A stretch of 63,854 nucleotides of DNA, from the NCBI GenBank assembly GCA_003450815.1, contig DMES01000073.1:1-63854 (forward strand), written 5' to 3'. Position numbers and translations under genes: made by a program. Of this stretch, positions 7,393 through 17,076 are shown in pieces; position 1 is the first letter of the stretch; each line of letters opens with the position of its first letter. The stretch is from Elusimicrobiota bacterium (GTDB lineage Bacteria; Elusimicrobiota; Elusimicrobia; Elusimicrobiales; UBA9959). The notes under the pieces were generated by a model. It had not been told where the DNA came from, searched no databases, and saw nothing but the letters and a program-made list of their open reading frames with translations.

Positions 7393-8997
7393 ATGAAAAT
7401 AAAAAAAAATATAACCGGCAAACATCTTATCGGTGGGAAATATTGCGGTTCGGGGGGAAAGAAATTTAGCGGGGTGAATACGACTGCCGGAGCCGCGCTC
7501 TTGCCGGCATTTTGTGAAGCCGGGGCCGCCGATGTTAACAGAGCCTTGGAACTGGCCGACAAAGCTTTTGAAGTTTTGCAGACCGTGCCGGTAAAAACTA
7601 TTGCCGCTTTACTGGAACGGATAGCGGACGGACTGGAGGCTGAGGGTGAGAGAATTATTGCGCGCGCACATCTAGAGACGGCTCTGCCGGTGGAACGGCT
7701 GCGCTCCGAGCTTGCCCGCACCTCCGGACAGGCGCGGGCATTCGCTAAACTTGCGCTTAGCGGCTCCTGGGCGCAGGCACGCATTGACCACGCGCTGCCT
7801 GGGCGCAAGCCGCTGCCCAAACCGGATATCCGCACGGTTTTCATGGGAGTCGGGCCGGTGGCGGTTTTCGGGGCGAGCAATTTCCCGCTAGCAATTTCCG
7901 TGGCAGGCACCGATACTGTGGCCGCTTTTGCCGCGCGCTGCCCGGTGGTGGCAAAAGGGCATCCGGCACACCCGGGCACCTGCGAGCTTACCGCCAGCGT
8001 TATCACCGAAGCGATATCCCGGACAAAATTGCCTCCGGGAATGTTCTCACTTCTGCAATCTTCGGGCCATGAAGCGGGCCTTGCGCTGGTCCGCCATCCA
8101 CTTACCGCGGCGGTAGCCTTCACCGGTTCCCTTCGTGGCGGCAGGGTGCTTTTCGACGCCGCGGCAGCGCGGCCTGCCCCTATACCCGTCTATGCGGAAA
8201 TGGGCAGCGTGAACCCTGTTTTTATACTGCCCGGCGCCGCGGCCGAGCGAGCGGAGGAGATAGCCGACGGCTTTGTCCGTTCACTGAACGCAGGCGTGGG
8301 ACAGTTCTGCACAAACCCGGGCATGGTACTAGCCGTTGCCGGGCCGGAATTTGAAAGGTTTCTGGCCGCGATATGCAAAAATGCAGAATGTGTACCGCCA
8401 GCCGCTATGCTGCACGCCGGCATACAGAAAGCGTACGATTGCGGCACGGAACGCCTGTCTTCAATCCCGGGTGTTAAACTGGCGGCTATTTCCGGGGCTT
8501 GTGCGCCGCACGGAGCCGGCCCAAAAATGGCGGCCTGTAAAATATTTACGGCTGACGCAGGGCTGATACACAAGCGGCCGGAGTTGCTTGAGGAAGTTTT
8601 TGGCCCGGCAACCGTTATTTACCGCTGCAAAAACATAGCACAGATGGTGGATATCGCGCGGTGCATGCCTGGCAGCCTGACCGCCACCATTCACGGAACA
8701 GAACGCGAACTACCGGCGCAAGGCAGGCTTATGCGGGTTCTTGAGCGTAAAGCTGGACGCATTGTTTTCAACGGATTCCCTACCGGCCTTGAGCCATGCG
8801 CAAGCCTGCACCACGGCGGCCCATATCCGGCCAGTACCCATAGCTTTTTTACCAGCGTGGGGACAGCGGCTATATACAGGTATGTACGGCCTGTATGCTT
8901 CCAGGGCTTCCCCGACGCCGCATTGCCGGAAGAGTTGCGCGAAACCAACCCACGCCGTATAAAGCGGCTGGTGGACGGCGTGTTGAACACTTTCTGA
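7393..8997 (+). CDS. NADP-dependent aldehyde dehydrogenase, alpha-ketoglutaric semialdehyde dehydrogenase type
   Basis: FGASNFPLA, FTGS..GG, AEMGSVNP, GVGQFCTNPG, HGGPYPAST motifs. Confidence 0.9.
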   Translation: MKIKKNITGKHLIGGKYCGSGGKKFSGVNTTAGAALLPAFCEAGAADVNRALELADKAFEVLQTVPVKTIAALLERIADGLEAEGERIIARAHLETALPVERLRSELARTSGQARAFAKLALSGSWAQARIDHALPGRKPLPKPDIRTVFMGVGPVAVFGASNFPLAISVAGTDTVAAFAARCPVVAKGHPAHPGTCELTASVITEAISRTKLPPGMFSLLQSSGHEAGLALVRHPLTAAVAFTGSLRGGRVLFDAAAARPAPIPVYAEMGSVNPVFILPGAAAERAEEIADGFVRSLNAGVGQFCTNPGMVLAVAGPEFERFLAAICKNAECVPPAAMLHAGIQKAYDCGTERLSSIPGVKLAAISGACAPHGAGPKMAACKIFTADAGLIHKRPELLEEVFGPATVIYRCKNIAQMVDIARCMPGSLTATIHGTERELPAQGRLMRVLERKAGRIVFNGFPTGLEPCASLHHGGPYPASTHSFFTSVGTAAIYRYVRPVCFQGFPDAALPEELRETNPRRIKRLVDGVLNTF

Positions 8998-9159
8998 TAC
9001 ACGGCATCATGGAGCTGCTGAACTTTTCAGCAGCCCCTAAAATTGGTCTCCGTAAGGTTTTTTTTATATCATATTGAGTAGCCGGGTTTACAAGATCAGC
9101 AAAAGATTCGGCGCCGGCGCCATAATATTTTATCCTGCTTTTGATATTGAGGGATTTTC

Positions 9160-9513
9160 ATGAAGATACTCATGGTGGATGATAGTGACGTAACCAGGGA
9201 TCTGATGAGGGTTTTTTTGGAGGACATGGGCCACCAGATCGTGGGCGAGGCCGAAAACGGAAAAAATGCCATAAAGTTTTTCACTGAAATGCGACCGGAC
9301 CTTGTGCTGCTGGACCTGGTCATGCCGGGAAAGACGGGCCTTGAGGTACTGGAAGAAATCCGGGTTATTGACCCCGCGGCCAAAGTGATAATGGTGACGG
9401 CCGTAGAGCAGGACGGGATAGACAAGGAACTTCTTGAGAAGGGAGCTATGGCGATACTACGCAAGCCGTTCTCCTATTCAGAGTTTAACGAAGTTTTGAA
9501 AAAGCTTGCCTGA
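9160..9513 (+). CDS. CheY-like single-domain response regulator
   Basis: VDDS, LLDLVMP, MVTA and KPF receiver motifs. Confidence 0.92.
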   Translation: MKILMVDDSDVTRDLMRVFLEDMGHQIVGEAENGKNAIKFFTEMRPDLVLLDLVMPGKTGLEVLEEIRVIDPAAKVIMVTAVEQDGIDKELLEKGAMAILRKPFSYSEFNEVLKKLA

Positions 9514-9526
9514 TGCCGGAAAATTT

Positions 9527-10138
9527 ATGAACTCCAACTCCACCGATATACTGCATCGACTGACGGCCTCAAGCCTTGAAAAGTGCCTGCTTAGGCTCTC
9601 AAGGGTTTCAGCCGGAACCTGGCGGGTACTGAATATAAAGATCTCCGAAGGGACTCTTGAGGACGCGGTTAAACAACACGACTTTACGAATCATGCCGCC
9701 GCAGTTTATTTTGGCCTCAAAACCGGGTCCACGCTAACCGCGATAATGCTGTTAAACCCGGCGGATATTGAGTGCATCTCCAAATGCTTTACCGGACACT
9801 CTTTCCCCAGAGGTCCGCACACGACCCCGGCTGAAGAGGTGATGCTGCAGGAACTCGGGAACATAGTGCTTAACTCGCTGGTAAGTTCATTGCTGAATAC
9901 TTTAAAAAAACACTCCATACCCGCGGTCCCGCAATATATAGAGGGAGATGCCGCCCACATAACAGGGGGACTGGGGACAGTGGCGGACCTTAAGCAGAAG
10001 TTCCGCATGATAAAAGCCACGCTGGTTATCCAGTTCGACAAGTGCGAAACTAATAGCGAAGTCTTCATCATGATACCGGACGAGATGGCTCTTGAGCTTG
10101 AACGTGCCGCGACCGGCTGGGAAAGTTTTTTGCTATAG
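9527..10138 (+). CDS. CheC-like phosphatase
   Basis: QELGNIVLNS (E-x-x-N) motif and CheC-like size; follows CheY-like gene. Confidence 0.7.
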   Translation: MNSNSTDILHRLTASSLEKCLLRLSRVSAGTWRVLNIKISEGTLEDAVKQHDFTNHAAAVYFGLKTGSTLTAIMLLNPADIECISKCFTGHSFPRGPHTTPAEEVMLQELGNIVLNSLVSSLLNTLKKHSIPAVPQYIEGDAAHITGGLGTVADLKQKFRMIKATLVIQFDKCETNSEVFIMIPDEMALELERAATGWESFLL

Positions 10139-10139
10139 T

Positions 10140-10169
10140 TTGAATGTCACCATTTCTTTTTGTTACAAT
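10140..10169 (+). promoter_or_regulatory. Putative sigma70 promoter of the membrane hydrogenase operon
   Basis: TTGAAT-18 nt-TACAAT with TGn extension. Confidence 0.5.
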
Positions 10170-10189
10170 TTTAACTACTAGGAAAAATT

Positions 10190-11644
10190 ATGGACCAATC
10201 ACCCTCAAACATCCAACTGATATTCGCACTTAAAACTGCGGTAGCGGCGCCCATACTGGGCGCTTTTTTAATACCCTTCGCCAACAAGATTTCTGTGGCG
10301 GCCAGGAACACTCTGGCCGTGGCGCTAGGGCTTGTCACTTTTATTTCGGCCGCCTGGCTTCTTCCCGGCACTATAAGCGGCCTGGCAATAAATTATTCCA
10401 TTGCTTTCCCTCTTGGCTTTGACTTCATACTCTCGGCCGACATGCTTTCCGTTTTCATGGCGGTTATTTCCTCCTTCGTAAGTTCCCTGATACTCATTTA
10501 CTCCATTGACTACATTTCCCACTACGAGAACCAGACCGAGTATTACACCATGGTGGTATTATTCCTTGGCTCAATGATGGGGCTGGTGTTCTCGGCGAAC
10601 CTGCTTTGGATGTATGTGTTCTGGGAACTCACCGCCTTCGCCAGCTGGCGCCTGGTCGGTTTTTTCCGCAGCGACAGGGATGTGCTGAAAGCCAATAAAA
10701 CATTTCTGGTTACGGTCTTCGGCGCGCTGTGCATGCTGGCAGGCATTCTGCTGGTTTACTTTGACAAAGGCTGCATAGATATGCGCCTGCTTCGCGGAGA
10801 AAATATTTCAAACGTGGCTGCCTTTCTGATACTTACAGGCATACTCGCAAAGTCGGCCACGCTGCCCTTCTCCACCTGGCTGCCGGATGCCGGCGTAGCC
10901 CCTTCAACCGTAACCGCGCTGCTGCACGCGGCGGTGCTGGTAAAAATAGGCGTTTACGCTTACGCCAGGATTTTCGGAGTTACTTTTGTGGCTGCCCCGG
11001 AGTTTTCACAGGCGGTACTTTGGATTGCCGGAGCGAGCGCCATTGTTTCGGCGGCTGCGGCCCTGGTGGAAAAAGACATTAAGCGCATCATCGCTTACTC
11101 CACAGTAAGCCAGATTGCTTTCATTTTCCTGGGACTTGCCTCGGGCAACAGGGTAGCCTTTATCGGCGGACTTCTTTATATCCTTATGCATAGTGTGGCC
11201 AAAGGCGGCTTGTTCCTGTGCGCCGGTATCATAGAGCAGAAGACCCACAACAAGGATATCACCAAAATGGGCGGGTTGTTCAAAACCATGCCGATAACCG
11301 GCGTTTCTTTCGCGCTTTGTTCGCTTTCAGTAATGGGCATCCCGCCTTTCGGAGGCTTCTTCAGCAAATTCCTTGTCTTCAAAGGGGCCACCCAGAACGG
11401 AACCCTAGGAGTGATACTTATGTTTTTAGCCGGCGCGATAATGACGCTTTTATATCTGTCCCGGATGTTTTACCTGGTATTTATGGGACAGGAAAAACCG
11501 GACTCCCCTCGCGAGGGCTCAATCGTGATGGTGGCAAGCGTTCTTGCGCTCGCCCTTATAGGTCTTTCGCTTGGAGCCCTGATTTATTATCCGTCATATT
11601 ATGTTGACCTGCTTACAAACCAATTAGGGGTGAACCTCCAATGA
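10190..11644 (+). CDS. Antiporter-like subunit (NuoL/MrpA-type core) of group 4 hydrogenase
   Basis: FWELTAFAS and KSATLPFSTWLPDAGVAPSTVTALLHAAVLVKIG motifs; many TMs. Confidence 0.9.
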   Translation: MDQSPSNIQLIFALKTAVAAPILGAFLIPFANKISVAARNTLAVALGLVTFISAAWLLPGTISGLAINYSIAFPLGFDFILSADMLSVFMAVISSFVSSLILIYSIDYISHYENQTEYYTMVVLFLGSMMGLVFSANLLWMYVFWELTAFASWRLVGFFRSDRDVLKANKTFLVTVFGALCMLAGILLVYFDKGCIDMRLLRGENISNVAAFLILTGILAKSATLPFSTWLPDAGVAPSTVTALLHAAVLVKIGVYAYARIFGVTFVAAPEFSQAVLWIAGASAIVSAAAALVEKDIKRIIAYSTVSQIAFIFLGLASGNRVAFIGGLLYILMHSVAKGGLFLCAGIIEQKTHNKDITKMGGLFKTMPITGVSFALCSLSVMGIPPFGGFFSKFLVFKGATQNGTLGVILMFLAGAIMTLLYLSRMFYLVFMGQEKPDSPREGSIVMVASVLALALIGLSLGALIYYPSYYVDLLTNQLGVNLQ

Positions 11645-13506
11645 ACCTCATACTTATACCCATAGTTTTGCCGCTGGCCGCGGCTCTGCTTGTGCTTCTT
11701 GTTCCGGAGAGGACAAAATATGTCAAAGAGTTGCTTGCCTCCGGCGTAACGGCGGTCTGTCTGCTCACGGGCGTCTCAACGCTTTTATCGGCTCTTTTCG
11801 GCCCCCCCATAACCCTTGATCTGCCCTGGGCCGGTGCGGGCCTTAACTTTGCTTTAAGGGCGGATAGTTTAAGTTCCTTCCTGCTTTTATCGGTTTCTTT
11901 TTTCTCTTTCCTTATATCAATATATGCTTTCAGTTTTGAAAACAAGGGCGATGCGAAGTGGTTTTTCTTCAACCTGCTGATAACCCAGGCGTTCGCGGCG
12001 GGCGCCGTGCTGTCCGAGAATCTGCTGGCACTCCTTTTCTTCTGGGAAGGGCTGCTGGTATTCCTTTACACCTTTATCGCCCTCTCACAGAAAACCGAGG
12101 CGTCAAAAAACACGGCTAAAAAGGCTTTCCTCATAAATGCCGTAACGGACCTCTGTCTGCTGGTAGGCGTTACCATAGTCGCCTGCATATCCGGCTCCAT
12201 GAACATGACCGTTATTTCGGGCGCAAAACTTACCATGAACGGCTGGGCCGGTTTTGCCTATGTGCTGATGCTTATAGGCGCGGCATCCAAAGCCGGAGCT
12301 TTTCCTTTCCATACCTGGATACCCGACGCTGCCACCGACTCAAGCGTACCTTTCATGGCTTATGTGCCAGCCGCCGTGGATAAACTGCTCGGTATTTATT
12401 TCCTTGCCCGTATAAGCATTTATCTCTTCGCCTTAAACGGCGCCATGCAGCTGGTGCTGATGACGCTTGGCGCGGTAACCATACTCGTGGCTGTTATGAT
12501 GGCTTTCGTGCAAACCGATTACAAGCGCCTGCTCTCCTATCACGCCGTAAGCCAGGCCGGCTACATGATACTCGGCATAGGCACACTTAACCCCATAGGC
12601 ATAGCCGGAGGGCTTTTCCACATGCTCAATAACGCCGTCTATAAATCCTGCCTGTTCATGACCGCGGGAGCCGTGGAGAAGAGAACCGGCACCGGCGACT
12701 TGTCCAAACTGGGCGGATTATTCAGCGTCATGCCCGTGACCGGAATTTGCTTCCTTATAGCGGCGGCCGCTATTTCAGGCATAGCTCCATTAAACGGTTT
12801 TTTCTCCAAAGAGATGATTTACAAAGGAACCATCTACACAGGACACACGGTGTTTTTTTGGGCGGCTGAGGTGGGCTCTTTTCTGACGCTGGCCTCTTTC
12901 CTTAAACTGGGCCATGCCGCCTTTTTCGGCAAACGGTCCGATAATTTTGCGAATGTAGCGGAAGCGCCGTTCTCCAACCTGTTACCCATGGCCATACTTG
13001 CAGCCGTATGCATAGCTTTCGGTTTTGGCGCGGAATTGCCCGTAACCTGGTTTTTAAACCCGGCCCTGCGCACCCTTAACCTGCAGATCCCAGTGCTTGC
13101 GGGCTTTCACCCCGACGAACTTTACTGGCTCTCCGTAATAGTTATACTCGCGGCTGTGATCAACCACATAGTCGGCTACACCCTTTCCGGCGGCAAGGCA
13201 TATAAAGCCTCAGATCATATACACTACGCCCCGTTGCTGCAAGAAACCTATGCCCTGGCGGAAAAGCGTTTCTTTGACCCCTACGAAATTGTGATGCGGG
13301 CTGTTCCTTTCGTGGCTGCGGCAATTTACAAAATAGATCGTTTCTTCGACTATCTTACGGACGCCCTGCCTACGCGCGTGGCCGGAGCATTCTCAGGCGC
13401 CTCCAGCCGCCTGCACAACGGCTCTTACCCGCTTTATATGGCGTTTACCATAGCAGGCGCGCTCATATACATTTTCATAACCGCTAACTACGGAGGGATA
13501 AGATAA
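11641..13506 (+). CDS. Antiporter-like subunit (NuoL/MrpA-type, with C-terminal extension)
   Basis: KAGAFPFHTWIPDA, KRLLSYHAVSQAGYM, NGFFSK; long C-terminal tail ending in a TM. Confidence 0.9.
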   Translation: MNLILIPIVLPLAAALLVLLVPERTKYVKELLASGVTAVCLLTGVSTLLSALFGPPITLDLPWAGAGLNFALRADSLSSFLLLSVSFFSFLISIYAFSFENKGDAKWFFFNLLITQAFAAGAVLSENLLALLFFWEGLLVFLYTFIALSQKTEASKNTAKKAFLINAVTDLCLLVGVTIVACISGSMNMTVISGAKLTMNGWAGFAYVLMLIGAASKAGAFPFHTWIPDAATDSSVPFMAYVPAAVDKLLGIYFLARISIYLFALNGAMQLVLMTLGAVTILVAVMMAFVQTDYKRLLSYHAVSQAGYMILGIGTLNPIGIAGGLFHMLNNAVYKSCLFMTAGAVEKRTGTGDLSKLGGLFSVMPVTGICFLIAAAAISGIAPLNGFFSKEMIYKGTIYTGHTVFFWAAEVGSFLTLASFLKLGHAAFFGKRSDNFANVAEAPFSNLLPMAILAAVCIAFGFGAELPVTWFLNPALRTLNLQIPVLAGFHPDELYWLSVIVILAAVINHIVGYTLSGGKAYKASDHIHYAPLLQETYALAEKRFFDPYEIVMRAVPFVAAAIYKIDRFFDYLTDALPTRVAGAFSGASSRLHNGSYPLYMAFTIAGALIYIFITANYGGIR

Positions 13507-14924
13507 TGGAAAGAGGCCTCCTTGCTTACATTTTAATCCCGCTTTTGAGCGCCGTCATAATACCTTTCGCCGCCAGAAATAAGCCTCGCCTGGCGGATAT
13601 TCTGGCTAATGTCACACTGCTTGCGGGACTCTCCAATCTGGCCTACCTGCTTTTAAACGCCAATTCTTTCGCTGAAGTGCCTGGCGACGGCTTCTCGCTG
13701 CTTATGGTATTTACCATTTACCTGGTGGCGCTGTGCGTGGTCTTCTTTTCAGCTTTTTTTGCCGGCGCCATGCCAAACCGCCAGGCCTATTACTGCCTGC
13801 TGCTGACTTCAGTGGCGGCCATGTGCGGCGTGGTAACCACCTCAGATTTCTTTACTCTTTATATTTATGTCGAGGTGCTAGCGGTAACATCCTTCGCTCT
13901 TATTACCACTGACGATACTTCGGCAGGCCTTGAAGGGGCCATAAAATATTTTCTGCTGACTTTCCCTGCTTCTGTTTTCATAATAGTAGGGCTCTCACTG
14001 CTTCTCCTGTCCATAGGCAGCTTTTCCTTTGAAAGCGTACAGTTGTTTTTATCCGCCGGCATGCCGGGCGGGACGGTGCTTTTTGCCATGGGGCTGATAC
14101 TGCTGGGCTTCCTGATAAAATCCGGAATAGTTCCGTTCCACGCCTGGACGCCCGACGCGTATCAGGGCTCTTTTTCGCCGGTGTCGGCGCACCTGGCCGG
14201 AATAGTGACTAAAGTTTCCGGCGTTTATGCCATAATACGCATTTCCATGCTTATGCGTCTGTCTGAAGGTATGGCGGAAGCTCTCGCGGGCACGCTTATG
14301 TTTTTGGGAATGCTTTCGATCATAGTCGGAGCCATAGCCGCCCTGCGCCAGAAAGACCTGAAGCGCATGCTTGCCTTCTCCAGCATCAGCCAGCTTGGCT
14401 ACATAGTGCTTGCTGCTGGCCTGGGCACTCCGCTCGCTATCATAGCGGCTATCTTCCACCTGTTTAACCACGCCACCTTCAAAACCGTCCTGTTTTTAAA
14501 CAGCGCCAGCCTTGAGCATGCCTCCGGCACAACCGATATGGAAAAAATGGGCGGCATGGAACACGCCATGCCCTGGACTTCCTGGACCTCGGTTATAGCG
14601 CTTCTCTCCACGGCCGGTATTCCGCCGCTCTCCGGCTTTTGGAGCAAACTGCTTATTATAATCGCGCTCTGGGCGGGGGGAGCGAAAGTTTACGCCATGC
14701 TAGCGCTGCTCTTCAGCATAGTTACGCTTGCCTATTTTATGGTAATGCAGAAGAAAATCTTCTTCGGTAAAAAGAGCGAGGCCGCCGAGACTGCAAGCGA
14801 AGTTTCCGCCCCGATGCTGGCCCCGGTAGTGCTGCTGAGCGCCGTTATAATAACGGTCGGGCTGTTATTTCCCTGGTTCTACACTTACCTGGTTGAAACC
14901 ATAGCAAAGAGGATGATTTTATGA
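13506..14924 (+). CDS. Antiporter-like subunit (MrpD/NuoM/N-type)
   Basis: EGAIKYF, KSGIVPFHAWTPDAY, KRMLAFSSISQLGY, GIPPLSGFWSK. Confidence 0.9.
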   Translation: MERGLLAYILIPLLSAVIIPFAARNKPRLADILANVTLLAGLSNLAYLLLNANSFAEVPGDGFSLLMVFTIYLVALCVVFFSAFFAGAMPNRQAYYCLLLTSVAAMCGVVTTSDFFTLYIYVEVLAVTSFALITTDDTSAGLEGAIKYFLLTFPASVFIIVGLSLLLLSIGSFSFESVQLFLSAGMPGGTVLFAMGLILLGFLIKSGIVPFHAWTPDAYQGSFSPVSAHLAGIVTKVSGVYAIIRISMLMRLSEGMAEALAGTLMFLGMLSIIVGAIAALRQKDLKRMLAFSSISQLGYIVLAAGLGTPLAIIAAIFHLFNHATFKTVLFLNSASLEHASGTTDMEKMGGMEHAMPWTSWTSVIALLSTAGIPPLSGFWSKLLIIIALWAGGAKVYAMLALLFSIVTLAYFMVMQKKIFFGKKSEAAETASEVSAPMLAPVVLLSAVIITVGLLFPWFYTYLVETIAKRMIL

Positions 14925-15412
14925 CCTACCACACACTGCTATTCTTGCTGACCGCAGTTTTCGCAGGGGCCGCTGTTATGGCAGGGGATCTGCTTATTGG
15001 GGCTATAATGCTAGCGCTGGTAAGCGTAGGAACGAGCCTGATACTTTTTGATTTCTTCGCGCCCTGGGCCGCAGTTTTTGAACTTTCGGTTTGCGCTGGC
15101 CTGATTACCGTGCTTTTCGTGGGAGCGGTCAGTCTGGTTCGCGGCAGCGCGGACGCCGACGCGCGAAGCCGGGTAAAGTTCATGGTCCTGCCGCTCGCTA
15201 CAATTATGGCAGCCATAGTTTTATGGTTTACGCTCCCGTCATTCTTTGAAACGCTTGCCTCCGGCGCCAGGATCGCCTCAGGCAACAACAACCCAATAGG
15301 CATAACCCTTTGGGACATTAGGAGAGCCGACGTGCTTGGCCAGACGGCCATACTTGCGGCCGGAGTTTTTGTTATAAAATCAATATTCCCAAGGAGGAAT
15401 AAAGCCCAATGA
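14921..15412 (+). CDS. NuoJ-like membrane subunit
   Basis: AAVFELSVCAGLITVLF resembles NuoJ TM3; five hydrophobic segments. Confidence 0.7.
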   Translation: MTYHTLLFLLTAVFAGAAVMAGDLLIGAIMLALVSVGTSLILFDFFAPWAAVFELSVCAGLITVLFVGAVSLVRGSADADARSRVKFMVLPLATIMAAIVLWFTLPSFFETLASGARIASGNNNPIGITLWDIRRADVLGQTAILAAGVFVIKSIFPRRNKAQ

Positions 15413-15717
15413 TAAATTCCTTCGCGCTCGATTGGTATTTCATAGCCATAATTCTGTTCATAGGGCTTTACTGCATGCTGGTTTCGCGTAGCCTACTGCG
15501 ACAGCTTATAGGACTTGAAATCATGTCAAAAGCGGCCCTGCTTGCCGTTATTTCAAGCGGAGTTCTTACAAACAATCTCAGCCTCGCGCAAACCGTTATC
15601 ATTACCATGATAGTGATAGAAGTTGTGGTGGTGGCAACGGGACTTGCGCTGTTGGCAAAAAACTTCAGGGTAAATAAATCGGTGGATATCTGGGACCTGA
15701 AAGGACTTAAAGGATAA
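15409..15717 (+). CDS. NuoK/MrpC-like membrane subunit
   Basis: LIGLEIMSKA and IVIEVVVVATGLAL with both conserved Glu. Confidence 0.85.
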   Translation: MINSFALDWYFIAIILFIGLYCMLVSRSLLRQLIGLEIMSKAALLAVISSGVLTNNLSLAQTVIITMIVIEVVVVATGLALLAKNFRVNKSVDIWDLKGLKG

Positions 15718-15743
15718 TCCGAAAATTGCGGCAATTTTCGGAT
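15717..15743. repeat. Perfect 13-bp-arm palindrome inside the operon
   Basis: ATCCGAAAATTGC-G-GCAATTTTCGGAT. Confidence 0.8.
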
Positions 15744-15790
15744 ACAACTGATTTTTGGGAATTAATTTATTTTGCGGAGGCTCCTAATCT

Positions 15791-16126
15791 ATGAACATAC
15801 TGCTTTCACCGCCGGCGGCGTTTATAATAACTCTGCTGTTTTTGATATTTGTGTCCGAACTGCTTGCGCCGCTGGCGCCCACACCCAAAACCGCGCCCGG
15901 TTCCGGCAAAAACAAGCCCTATGGCTGCGGCGAAGAAGTGAGCGAGCAAAGAGTAAACCCGGACTACCAGGGTTTTTTTCCCTTCGCTATTTTTTTCACG
16001 CTGTTGCATGTGGCGGCTCTGATGGTGGCTACCTGGAGCTTTAACCCTATTTCCGCCGGGATTGGACTTGTAATCGGCTATCTTACGGCTGTTGCGATAA
16101 TACTTGCTATACTTTTTGTGGGCTAA
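15791..16126 (+). CDS. NuoA-like membrane subunit
   Basis: Three TMs; KNKPYGCGE loop matching NuoA KxxxYECG. Confidence 0.75.
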   Translation: MNILLSPPAAFIITLLFLIFVSELLAPLAPTPKTAPGSGKNKPYGCGEEVSEQRVNPDYQGFFPFAIFFTLLHVAALMVATWSFNPISAGIGLVIGYLTAVAIILAILFVG

Positions 16127-16130
16127 AAAA

Positions 16131-16565
16131 ATGAAAACTATAGATAAACTCATACTCTGGTCCAGGCTTAAGTCGCCATGGATACTGCATTTCAACTCAG
16201 GCGCCTGCAACGGCTGCGACATAGAAATAGTGGACGCCCTGACTCCTAAATACGATGTGGAGCGCTTCGGTATAGTTTTAAAAGCCACACCCAGGCACGC
16301 CGACGTACTTGTAGTCTCAGGGCCGGTCACGTTGCAGCAGGTACCGCGCCTCAAGCGCATTTACGAGCAGATGCCGGAACCGAAATTTGTGCTGGCCATA
16401 GGAGCCTGCGGCTGCTCCGGCGGGGTTTTTAACGGGTGTTACTCGGTAGTGCCCGGCGGACTTGACCAGGTACTGCCGGTTTCGGCTTATATCCCCGGCT
16501 GCCCGGTACGACCCGAAGCCATAATAGACGGCGTGGTGAAACTGCTTTCAAGCCTGGAAAACTAA
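16131..16565 (+). CDS. Group 4 hydrogenase small subunit (NuoB-like)
   Basis: GACNGCDIE, TPRHADVL, IGACGCSGG, YIPGCPVRPE. Confidence 0.92.
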   Translation: MKTIDKLILWSRLKSPWILHFNSGACNGCDIEIVDALTPKYDVERFGIVLKATPRHADVLVVSGPVTLQQVPRLKRIYEQMPEPKFVLAIGACGCSGGVFNGCYSVVPGGLDQVLPVSAYIPGCPVRPEAIIDGVVKLLSSLEN

Positions 16566-16575
16566 GAGGTAAATT

Positions 16576-17076
16576 ATGAGCGAATTTGCAAAAGAAGAAG
16601 AATTAAAAAAACTGCTTGAAGACAAATTTGGCACGGGAATCAGCGCTATTAATATCCAGCGCATACGCAGGGTGTGGCTTGAAGCCGCGCCTGAAAAATT
16701 GGTGGAAATACTCGAATTTCTAAAGGCCGCGGGATTCGACCATATCTCCACCATTACCGGTTTTGACGAGGGGGAAAACCTGGGCGCATTTTACCACGCC
16801 ACCGATACACACATTCTAGCCACCATAAAAGTCAAAACTCCGCTTTCCTCCCCAAAACTTCCGACGATCACGGGCATATTCCCCGGCGCCATCTCATACG
16901 AGCGGGAGCTTGAGGATCTTCTGGGCATAAAAATAGAAGGCCTGCCGCCCGGCAGGCGTTACCCTTTGGACGATGAGTTTCCGAAAGACCAGTATCCGCT
17001 GCGCAAAACCTGGAAAACAGCGGATTTCCAGGCCGCAAGGAAAGCTGCCGCTTCCCTGATCAAGGAGGCGCGTTAA
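16576..17076 (+). CDS. NuoC-like subunit
   Basis: YERELEDLLGI and YPLRK motifs. Confidence 0.9.
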   Translation: MSEFAKEEELKKLLEDKFGTGISAINIQRIRRVWLEAAPEKLVEILEFLKAAGFDHISTITGFDEGENLGAFYHATDTHILATIKVKTPLSSPKLPTITGIFPGAISYERELEDLLGIKIEGLPPGRRYPLDDEFPKDQYPLRKTWKTADFQAARKAAASLIKEAR

